64,000 nucleotides of DNA from Yuukianura sp. NJ FZ-2021 (Eukaryota). A program made the position numbers and the translations under genes. A model generated the notes under the pieces. That model worked only from the letters and a program-made list of their open reading frames with translations, was not told the origin of the DNA and searched no databases. Each line of letters begins with the position of its first letter. Within the stretch, counting starts at the first letter, position 1. Below are positions 1-10,800 of the stretch, piece by piece. The stretch covers positions 9,734,001 to 9,798,000 of the forward strand of contig CM102290.1 of NCBI GenBank assembly GCA_046563655.1, written 5' to 3'.

Positions 1-1374
1 CACAACACTTGACGATGATTTCATTTATGCGAGCCTGACGGCGCCATCTTTTAAATGGATCGGGAAAAAACGGGGGACGACGCATGAAGGGGTAGAAGAA
101 AAAAGGGGGAGGAGCTAGGAAGGGGAATGGTGGAGGGGGTACAAGGGGGTATGGGGGTACAACCATGTCCAACGTCCAAGGATCTGGGGGTCCCAAGTCA
201 TAAAAATCATCTCCAGCACTTCCAACAGCGCCATCTACAAACAAAATTGTTTCATGATAATAGGGGGTTTGTGTTTCAAATCATTTATAGAAATTATAGA
301 ATTTAGTAAGTCCCGTCCCTTTCCACCCCCAGCAACCCGCTTTGTTACGGCTTCCGTTATTGGTTGATTTCAAATGTATGACGTCACTTTCCAAACTTTT
401 CTCATTTATGGAACTTATGTCCCATGTTTATAATGTGAATCCGAAAAGTTTGAAAAGTGACGTCATAAATTCTCTACTTTCTATAAGTTCTATAATTTAT
501 TGATAACGCAAACTCCCTAATTAATAGTTTATTTGCGTTTTAGCATCACTTATATGACAAAATATTGGCATAAAAAGCTATGGTTTTAGGTTCGTCAAAA
601 AAAATTTCAGACAAGATGACCTTGAACTTGCCAGAAATTCAGAGAATTTCTACGATGAAATTCGACGTGAATCAAAACTGGTAATTAAATTCCATAATGA
701 ATTTCATAAGAGTTTTTTGAGTTTCTAATGATGTCATACTTGCCGCTAACTGAACACTTAACAGCCTTTGAACTAACCGTCACCAAACAAATCTAGCCTT
801 CTCATAAATTTACGTCGCGAGTTCGCATCCCGCCAACGAAAATTCCGTTAAAATTCCCTAAAAAAGAATAACAAATCTAGTTGACCTCGAAATACTTACA
901 TTCTCCGCCTTTCGTCAAAAACAAACAACATCTTGTCATTTTTTTAAATCTCCAGCCTTCCGTTCATTTTGAACCACTCTGAACATTCCCTTGTGCATTT
1001 ATTATGAAAGACGTTGTACATTTCTTACCGAGAAAATAGGCGGCATTCCGTTTGTACACGACGCAGACTCGTAGGAGATGCCTCGTAATGGCCGACTTGT
1101 TGCAGTTCTCGTTGAGCCAGTAGGGAACTTTTGAAAAAGCGTTCGGGTAAGGGCCGACAGACCCCGTCACTAAAACAGCACATATAAGGATTAATACGGT
1201 CAAAACCCAGAGGTCAGAGGTCAATGACGTTTGGGTTGACCTTCCTCCTGCAACCACAAGAGACAATTACTTTTAGTTACATTAACAAAAGTAAATGTTA
1301 GCCTGTATATATTCATACGTGTACTTACGTCCTACAGTTCGAATCCGATCTGACATCTGATTGGTTCCCAACAT
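1..1374 (-). CDS. Insulin/relaxin-superfamily prepropeptide (gonadulin/Dilp8-like candidate), 3' end truncated by the window edge
   Basis: Three minus-strand exons, 1374-1329, 1247-1029 and 234-<1, join through GTAAG...AG phase-1 introns into one open frame: MLGTNQMSDRIRTVGRGRSTQTSLTSDLWVLTVLILICAVLVTGSVGPYPNAFSKVPYWLNENCNKSAITRHLLRVCVVYKR-NAAYFLDGAVG...PPFFPDPF-KRWRR-QARINEIIVKCC. This gives a hydrophobic signal-like core, a two-Cys B chain, KR, a C-peptide, an RxRR site and an A-chain start ending in CC. An alternative start is ATG 1356. Confidence 0.85.
262..518. mobile_element. MITE-like non-autonomous inverted-repeat element in intron 2 of the insulin-like gene
   Basis: The left end AGGGGGTTTGTGTT...TTATAGAAATTATAGAA pairs with the right end (reverse complement AGGGAGTTTGCGTT...TTATAGAACTTATAGAA). 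AAT flanks both sides (or TA if the ends are read as GGG/CCC). A second internal inverted pair lies at 377-400 / 443-466 (TATGACGTCACTTT..CAAACTTTTC). Confidence 0.7.
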
Positions 1375-1924
1375 TCAGACTCTCCTCTTCTGATTGGTCC
1401 AATGTAGCTAGGTACCACTGGTCCCTTCAAACATTTCCAGGCCTCCTTGCGACACTTCGACTTCTTACGCAAGTTTCCAGTTCACTCCAGTACACAAACT
1501 AAATTAAAAATTCCAGAGGCGTACGAATGCGACACTTGAAACGAGAAAGTCGTAAAATCTGGAGCGGCTGCTTTTGTTATGGTAAACAATGGGAAGCCAA
1601 GGAAAAACAACAACTTAAAAAAATTCTCACACGTTTCCCCTTTCAAAAACGAAAATCTTGAAAATCTCAAAGCTTTTTTGCAGATTACCAACAAGAAAGT
1701 TTAATATTTAAATAACTTTAATTAAATAACTCTGGAATATCTCGCTCCTCCTCTCCACACATCTCCTAAGCACAATTTCTTAATAAAAATTGCAATTAAA
1801 TTCATTTCAATTTTTTGAAATTTTGAATTTTAGAAACTGAAACGCTTTGATTTTTTTTTTTGGGCAAAGCCTATTTCGGAAGAATTTGGCTGTGCCACGG
1901 TGTAGCTCCATTGAATCATTTTCC

Positions 1925-4900
1925 TCACTGTCCCTTCTCTCCCTCCTCCACAGCAGCACCACTCTCTTCAATGACCTTTGACCCCTCACTTGGAACTGGT
2001 AAAACCCTCTTCTGAGACGAATTGATTTTGTCACCAAGACTTAGAGCCATTCCCTGCAAACACAAACAACATTAGCTTAGTTATGCTAATTCTATTAGGC
2101 ATTGTTTGTTTATTGTGGTTACGCACTTGACTCTTGGCCCTGATTCGGATGTGTCCTGTGACCGGCGCGTTGGGATTCTCCAGTGACTTTTCAATGCTCA
2201 AATTGGCCAAGGCGTCTTCTCCAAAAATGGATTTGGCATAAAGAGTTGCTGCCATGAAGCCACACTCACCCATCATTGCCTACAAAAGTCAACGGTTAAG
2301 TTTTTAGAAAAACTGAAAAGTACTAATAGGTAATCCAAAACTTTCAACAAAATTCAAAGTTTATAAGTCTGCAACTTATAGAAACAGTCACGGATTTCGT
2401 GGAATAAGCGTACCTTCTCAGGGGTGAGACACCGCATATTGGTTGATTTGAGCAAGTGCTGGAGGTATTGGTTCAAGTCAGTTATCGCTGTTACAACGCT
2501 CACCTAAAATAAGAATATTTTTTAAATTCATAATGTTTCTCATAAACTCAAAATGCAAACCAACCTTATTTTCCCACTCAAATTCGGCCCACATAGATCT
2601 AAACTCATGGTCAGTGCAGCTTGCTGGAAAGATGTAGTCCATGATATCAATGTGAATGTCACTCATCACCACAACGTTTCGGTCTGATCCTGCTCCACCC
2701 ACATCGTACACTAAAACCAAAAACGAAACTCACTACATATCATCCGTTTCTAAATCAAACCCAACCTCATTTCAAATTATCGATAGCTACTAATTTCGAT
2801 AGTAGGATTCCTTACCGATATTTCCAAAGATAACACCATTTTCCGTTGAGGCCACTTTGATACTGGCGCGAATGTTTGAAAAGTCATGAGGCCCAAGGAC
2901 CAGTGGCGCTGGTCGCTCTACTAATTTTAGATCCCCCAATGTGGCCAACTCCAACGTGCAGTTTTGCAACGTATCACCTGAAAGATGATCAAAAATCAAT
3001 TTTCGAATAGTACTCAAACAAAATATTTTGCCGGTAAAAAATATTGAAAATCTAAAAATGAAACCTTACTTGTTTGGTTTACAATGAGGACATCCAGGAC
3101 GATATCAAACTGATTAACGTTGATGTAAGCCTCGGCGTAGACTGGATCCGAGAATCCTGTCAGCTGTTTTACTTTGCTCAGTTTCGAAGATGAAAAGTCC
3201 ACAAAGTCCTTCTTGGTGTCAAATCCAACGGCTTGACTCAGACTGCTCTCAAAGACGTCTTCTCCATTGACCATGTCACTCTTGGACACCAACTGGGAAA
3301 ATGGAATGGGATCATCCGCCTCCACGGCAACATTTTTCTTCTTCTTTTTGGCCAGACTCTGACTGGCGGCATAGTCAGCTTGCTCCTTTAACATCGCTGC
3401 TAGAGCCTCTCCACATTGACGTGTAAAAATCATGGAAATTTTCTCATTCGATTCTCCAACGACACATAAACAAGCCTTGATTCTGTCTGCATCATCGGGT
3501 GTAATGGCTTTCACTGGAAGGCCTGATCAAACAAGTAGGATTTCATTTTGAATTTTGCTTTCTTACTGTTAACTTCGGAGATTTTGAAGTATAATTTACC
3601 CGAAAGGCCGAATCGAATAATGTTGCTCATAATGTACATGACTTCGGCAGCTAACTTATTCCGTTCAGACTCTTTTCCAACCTTCTGATCGTAGAGTCTT
3701 CGAATCATTTTGGTAAGAGAAGAACTCAGAGCAGCGCCAACGAAGAAGTCCCCATCCTTCAAAATTTTTCTAAGGGAAGGGATGCTTTCATCCTGAAAAA
3801 AACAACCATTTAAAATTCTTTAAAAAATTCTTAAAATCTAAATAAATGTTTCGTACTTTAGTTGTAGCTGGTTGCATGGAGAAGGCCGACTGTGTCGCAT
3901 AGGTTCCGTCGGAAGTGACAAGTCGTGACCCTTGGCTTCGTTCTTGCTTCACTGGAGCGATTTCTTCTGGTTTCTCTTTATTATCTGGCTGAACTTCTCC
4001 GTCCAAAAGAGCCGCCTTCTTCAATTCAGATTCAACCAATGGAAACTAAAAAAAAGAGCGGGAATTCATATTTATTTCCAGAAATCACTGGATTTCAATA
4101 TCTTGTTCACCAACGTACCTCTCCGAGACACTGTTTTACCAATCCCACAACTGTCTCCACATCTTCCTTCTCATGTGCGAACTCCCCCAAGATCCAAATT
4201 GTTGATCGAATCACTTTGGCTGAACGAATTGACGAGAACACTTCGAGCAATTTTTCGACAATGACCGGGGCAAGGCCAGAGAATTTTTGAACAGCTTCGC
4301 GCATAAATAGTAGAACGTCTGTGGCTGCCAGCTCATTTTGATCAGAGAGAAACTCTGCCAGGACTGGAACGATACTTGGAGCTACTTCAGGAAACTGAAA
4401 AGCAATACACAACACATTTGAATCTGCCAAACGATAACGAATGTAATGCATGACAGTCTGCGTTACACTCACTTTGACGCAGCATTGATGGAGAGTTCGA
4501 ACGAGCAGTTGACGATACTTGCCAGTTTCGTCATGCTCAACCGAGTTGTGTGTTCGCCCAACTTCTTTACGCAAAAACATTACGGCTTCGCTGACGGTCC
4601 GTGTCGTGAGAAGGTCAAGGGCCAAGTTGAGCGTCTTTCGTCGTAATTCTAAGTCTGGAGCAGTCAAAATTCGTAGAATGTCCATCACCATGTCTTCGAG
4701 AACCTTTTCATGAGCAGTGACTTCACGCAGTTGAGACAAACGCTCCAAAACGATGAGTTTGACGTTGTTGTCACTTTCTTTGATGATTAGTTCGATGTAG
4801 CAAGTGGCAGCGGCCTAACACAAACAAACAAATATTGAAGCAATGTTTTGCTAAGGAAAAATAAATCAATGTATGGCAAATATTATAGGACCTTGATAGC

Positions 4901-6367
4901 CGATGGCGCCGTGGAAAGTGTGACGAGCGTTCCAGCAGCTTCGTATCGGACGGCTGAGCTGGTTGAGGCGAGTAGATTATAAATACAACGAATAAACTTG
5001 GAGCGCTCCGTTGGGCTGTGATGACAAACCTGAAATTTTCAAATTAAATTTTTAAGTTAAATCACGAAGTTTACATGCTGGAAAACAAGACGAGAACATT
5101 ACAACCGACTGGAAATAAAATTATGCTACGTGGAGGATGAGTTAAGGGTATGTTAAAAGTTAGAAGTAAAGTAAAGCTAATACAAAGAGTAGCGTTACCT
5201 TTATGGCTACTCTGAAGAGTATAAGGACGTGAAGGATTTCGGAAATAGGAAGAAAGACATTTTTCATAAGGAGAAGGTGCCATTTGCCAGGCTTAGGCAA
5301 GTCCTATCAAAGCAAAAGATGAAAAACAAAAGACCGTACCTTGTAGATTAGTTCAACAATAACCAACTGAAGAATGTCACCAAAGTTGCCCACTTGATCA
5401 AGACATGAACTGAGGTAGCTTAGAGCCCGTGGCTGATCCACTTGAAGCAACATCAGAAAGGCATTTCGTCGACAGGCCATGTCTTGCTCTCCTTCCAGGA
5501 AATGGAATACTAGCTCAGGAGCATCAGGAATCAAATGATCAAAGTTTCTGCAAATTAAATTAATTGTGATGATTAGTTGTAGTTGGAACTAGCAATAAAG
5601 TTAGCAATCTAAACTGTATATTAAAATCGTACTTGTAGATGGTGAATATGGCCAGAACTGCATTTCTTCGAACGTAGGCGTGTCGATGTTCTAAACACGC
5701 AATGATAGCAGGCATAAGAGGTTCTAGAAGTTCAGGCTCACGGAGCTTGCATAGAAATCGAAGAGTGGAGCCTCGGATAAATTCGTTTGGATGTATTAAG
5801 TCCTATAGGAATCAAGTACAGTATATCAATCTCGATTGATGTGATCAGGAAATATAAAAATGATTCGAAAACAAAAGGAAACTCACTCTACGAAAAGCAT
5901 CGCACACCAGGATCATCTCATGCAAGAGTTTTCCATCTTGAGAAGTTTTTGGAACAATCTCCCAGTAGATCAGCAGCAGTTTTTTGATGACGTGGTCCTG
6001 TAGGAATCAAATGAAAATTATCCATTTGGTTATGACTCACGACATAACACATAATCCTTATGGTTGTGGCAAATGACCTGCAAGGGTAAGCAGAAACGGA
6101 TGACCGTCATGAGGAGGCCTGGAAGCTTCTCTCCATTGAGTAGCATAAAGATGACCTTCTTGAGTGTCGCCGTCTTCGTGGCCAGATCTCCTTTTTCTAG
6201 AAACAAGAGAACGATTTCATTGACATCCTTGCCATCTTCTATGAAAGTGTAATTAAGGTCATACCCAGATCGCTTCTAATCTGAATTTCGCTTGGCTGCT
6301 CCACGTCAGATGGTTGGTTTATGATGGTATAACATGGTGGTTCAGTGTTTCCGGTTCTACCCTTCAT
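1925..6367 (-). CDS. COPB1: Coatomer subunit beta (beta-COP), multi-exon
   Basis: Spliced N-terminus [38 protein letters not shown]. Internal motifs [48 protein letters not shown] and [18 protein letters not shown]. Stop TGA at 1927-1925. Confidence 0.97.
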
Positions 6368-7832
6368 GGTGCTGGCTTTAGGAAGAACAGATTGTTACAA
6401 AAATTAGACAGAGACGTTTCTCCCTGCTTTCCACCGTAAACGCTGTGCTGACGATGACGACGACAAAGGCGTAGGTATTGCGGATAAGATGTAAATACTG
6501 CAAGCAACGAATGACTAACTAACCAAATCAGTCAATTCGCTAGTTCTGTCACTTTTTCTTCAATTTACCGAATTGATTTCAGAAATCAGAAGGTAAAGTG
6601 ACGTGTGCAACTTAAGCCGAGTCCAGCAACACTGACAGAACTAAAACTCAGAAGTCGGCAATTTATACAGTAATGTTTCCAAACCTTCCAAAGTACTACC
6701 GTTGACGCAAGCACTTTAGTGTTAAAAATTTCGCTGCGAGGTAACAATTTATTAATTTTTTGTATAATATAGTAATTAAATATACTAAATATGCGGTCAT
6801 GTGTATTTCCCCGCCGATCCACAATGTAATTAAATGTCCATCAAGTTTTAAGCAGAAAGGTATTGTGATTGGTAAATGCCGAAATTTGCTGATGTGTAGA
6901 TTACTTGGTAAACACCACCGATCTCTGTTTAGTATTGCGCCGCAAAGCCATTCGCTTGTAGCTCTTATTAAAAGTTGATTACCCGAATTATCATTCAGTT
7001 AATTAATTAAAGTTTTAAATCATCTTTGCAGTTAATATTTTATGAAAATCATATTGTTAGGTAAACATTATAAAAGCGCTTTAGAACATTTACTAGCTGA
7101 AATTCTTATTCGTTCGTCCGCTAACTTTATTGTACTTGATCTCACCACATTTAATTAATTTTTATTTTTTTTTACACGATTTATAGTTAATTACAAATTA
7201 GGAATTTTTCCGGAACACATGACAATTGACACAAAAAAATTTAGCGTTTGTTTTTAAACACGGAAGTGGAGTGGCACATAACTCATATGTTGAGGCCACT
7301 GTAGAATTTTTCGGGGGTGGCTTTTTGCAATTTCCCTGGAAAATGTACAGGAATATATAGTGGCATTTGCAAAAGCCACCAACCCACCCCACTCCTGGAA
7401 ATTAATTTTTACATTGTTATCCCCACCGGTGAAGGCAGAATTATCTCTCTTATTAGCCACAACATCCTTTAAATTCGTTATTGATAATTGAATTAATCAA
7501 TTAATCATAGTATCTGCTGTTGTTTCAAATTTATCGTTTGCCTAACTCATTGACACTGCGTAAGAACATACTAATCGTAAGGTTTGGACATCTAGATTTC
7601 TGGAGTTAGATCAACATCCATTCAGTAAACAGAGTCACTGGATTTCATTCATTTTTTAGAACAACTAGGTGTCCGAGACACTTCATTAGTCAATCTTACC
7701 ATTTCCCTTAAAACTCTAGGATTTTACCATGAAGGAATCCTCCAGCAAAGCAGCTGATTAGTCAGATTTCTTCTACTTCTTAGCAGGTCAAAGCAAGAAC
7801 TTCCACATAACACAAATTATATTTCCTGGATA

Positions 7833-10800
7833 ATGAATAACAACGATAGGTAAGTGTACTGGTGACTCACATCAAACAATTTTGTGTGCTTCGAGATACT
7901 AACTTTCTAATTTAATTGTTTTAGTCGAACGTCTTCCGGGTCATCCCCATCATCTCCTCCACCGAACTCTCCACGAGCAGGTGGAGCTGGAGGAAGTCCT
8001 TGTCAGTTATTACGCTTGGCCGATTACTTCATAGTGGCTGGCTACAGTGATCAGCAAACACAAGGTTATTTAACTGCCGATTACTAATGAACATTCAATT
8101 TCACAATACTCTAAACAACCTTTATTATTTTAGAGCGGGGACCTGGAAAACTAATGCAGAGATTCCCTGTAGTGGACTGGCCGGATGAGCATTTCATTGA
8201 AACTATAGAAGTAATTCTGTCCGTTATAAGTTACTCAGAAAATGTGAGCTCTCAATTCAAAAAATTACTTTCATTTTTCAAGCTTTACCAACCTCGGGGA
8301 TGGGCGTTATCGATGGAGCCCAAGGAGCCATCGTTTTGTACTGGAGTCATGACCAATGCTTTAGGTGTAAGGAGATTTTGGGCCTGCCTGTGTTTGTATG
8401 AGAAGTATGTTCCTACAAAGGCCATCGATGAGGTACGTGCATTACTAACTACTTTTATGATTTTAAATATAGTCTTGACATCATATGTTTTTCAATGTTA
8501 TTTGCACAGGATGAAGAGGTCGTTGGAGGTGGTGACATTGGGGACTTGAACAACCCATCCTTCTACGCTCCCAAAGTGCTGTGCATTGCTTCCAGAGTAA
8601 ACCTGACTGACATTTTTCGTGTGAGTAGGATTCTGTGTTTGTTTGAAGAAACGAATAGCCAAGGATTACTATGAAATAATTTGTGATTTATTTAATTTTC
8701 CAGTACTCACTAGCCACAATTTACTCAGCCTATCTGGACCCTGCCAAACCCAAGTTAGAAATCCTCATTGGAAATTTGCTTGGTCAAGTTATGGTGCCTC
8801 CTCCGGGTGGGCCGCAAGTTCGCTTCTCAATTGGGCGTGGTGATCTCCAAATCATTCAGCCGCCACAAACGCCTACCATACCTGTGACCGGCACTTCCGT
8901 TGCCACTCTACTTCATCAGATCGGTAAACAGTTCCTCGTTCGCGTCATATACGTGATACATTTATGATACATTTTGTCAAAATCTTACTAATTAGTTTGT
9001 TGTTTTTAGGTATTAACAACTTGTTGATGCTCTTCAGCGCTGTGCTCACCGAACAGAAGATATTGTTTCACTCACGATCAGCATCTCGCCTATACGACGC
9101 ATGTTGGGCTCTGATCAGTATAATTTATCCATTCAATTGGTACCACACTTTTGTCCCTCTCTTGCCTACCTCAGTTGTCAACATGGTGCAGAGCCCTACG
9201 CCTTACATAATTGGGATTTTCTCCGATACATTGCCTTTAATTACGGAAAGTATGGTATGTAACACCAATTTATACAAAAAGATCAAACTTTTAGTTAAAC
9301 TCGCAGATCTAGAAGTTTTAATCGAGTTTTACATATTTTTTTTTTACTGGTTTAGACTGATGTGATTTTGGTGGATCTGGATGGTGGTTCAATGCATGTT
9401 CCAGACCTCATTCAAGATCCAGTTTCAAAGGCGACCGTTACCAAAAGAGAGTCCGCGCGGTCGAAGAAGTCTGGTCCAAAGGAAAGTAAGAAGGGAAAGT
9501 CAAAACTGTCAAATGTGGAGGTCAAAGGAGATTCGCCTGCTGACGTCACTTTGACTGGTGTGGAAGAGGATGACGAATCTTGTCAGAGCGTAGTCTGTCG
9601 TCCACCGCTAGTACTCTGGACACAAGCATTCGAACAGTTGACGGACATACTTCATCCAGAACTGGCTTCCTGTGATCATGCATTTCCGCCTCTTGCTATC
9701 AAGTCTGCTCCACCGTTTCAACTGGACAAGGAAATCAGAGCAGTTTTCCTTAGATTGTTAGCCAATTTGCTTCAAGGGTATAGATCATGTTTGGTGCTAA
9801 TTCGTATCCATCCTGTTCCTGTAATCAAGTTTCATCAAGTAAGTCATTCCAATTTTTATTCTGTTGAATTTTTTTGACATTGCGTTTCGAAAACTGAGCA
9901 CTAATTGGAATTGTTTTATTGATAGGCCAAGTTTCTCGGGGGGCGTGGACTTCGAAAAAACCAATTCGTTATCAACTTTCTCAACTCCCAAAGTTTCAGT
10001 CAATTCATTACAGAACGTGGACCTCCATTTCGTGCAGTTGATTTGTGGGATGAGTACTACGCTGGACTGGAAACTCAGTTAGATGAAGAAGAACGTGATC
10101 CCAAAACATTTGTTCAACATCTAGCAGTAAGCCAGCTTGATCTCACAATATAAAAGCAAATTGACTCTAACATCAACCTGGTTATTTAATTGAATTATTT
10201 TTATGTAAACTTTTTTTTTTTAGAAAACTGTGGAAGATCTTTCAGAAAATGAGTGTCCGAACGGACAGCCCTACGCTCCAAAACTCCCACGGCCTCCAGA
10301 TCCTGCTCTCTTGCAAACTGCTCATCTTAACACATTTCCACGACTGGATCCAGATCTAGTTGATGAAACCATTCGAGAGGGTTTATCAAAGCATTTAGGT
10401 CAACATACTGGTACGTCACTACGCAATCAACCAAAACGAGTCCCAGTTGGACCCAGGACACTCCAGTTCCTGGAGAAGAGATCAAATCTTGTGGACAATT
10501 CAGCTAGGCGGTTGGAGGTAAAGTATTTCATATATAAAAGAATTACTTATGTTGACAACACTAAAATATGTTGGTTTGGACAGGTACTGCGCAAGTGCAT
10601 TGCGAACATTTTTGCGAACAATATCACTTCCGCATCGAAGAGTATCCATGCTGTAAAGAAAGCTCTAAGCAGCACATCCGCCAAGTTGGTTCTGTGTGAA
10701 GAATTGAGCCGCCACGTTATGAGTGCCAATGTTGCAACGCTGGATCGTCAACAGTTCGATTTGGTTGTTCTATTGATGCAATGTGCTTTACAGGTGATTT

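Noticed and set aside
62..190. G-run cluster on the plus strand (G-quadruplex candidate)
   Set aside because: Fully explained by CCN proline codons of the minus-strand C-peptide.
877..939. TRCCLFLTKGGECKYFEVN* as an alternative A chain within the hormone gene intron
   Set aside because: The Cys spacing does not fit an insulin A chain, and I found no in-frame acceptor or processing site leading to it.
964..1266. ORF-track 100-aa ORF as a standalone gene
   Set aside because: Only 1247-1029 is exonic (exon 2 of the insulin-like gene). The ends are intron read-through.
3925..4713. Plus-strand ORFs overlapping beta-COP, and similar antisense ORFs over Sbf, Suv4-20, SLC10 and dac
   Set aside because: Shadow frames of well-supported coding exons, with no independent evidence.
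7316..7380. Hairpin GGTGGCTTTTTGCAA...TTGCAAAAGCCACC between COPB1 and Sbf as an RNA gene or terminator
   Set aside because: A single short inverted pair with no supporting promoter or RNA-family motif, most likely a repeat remnant.
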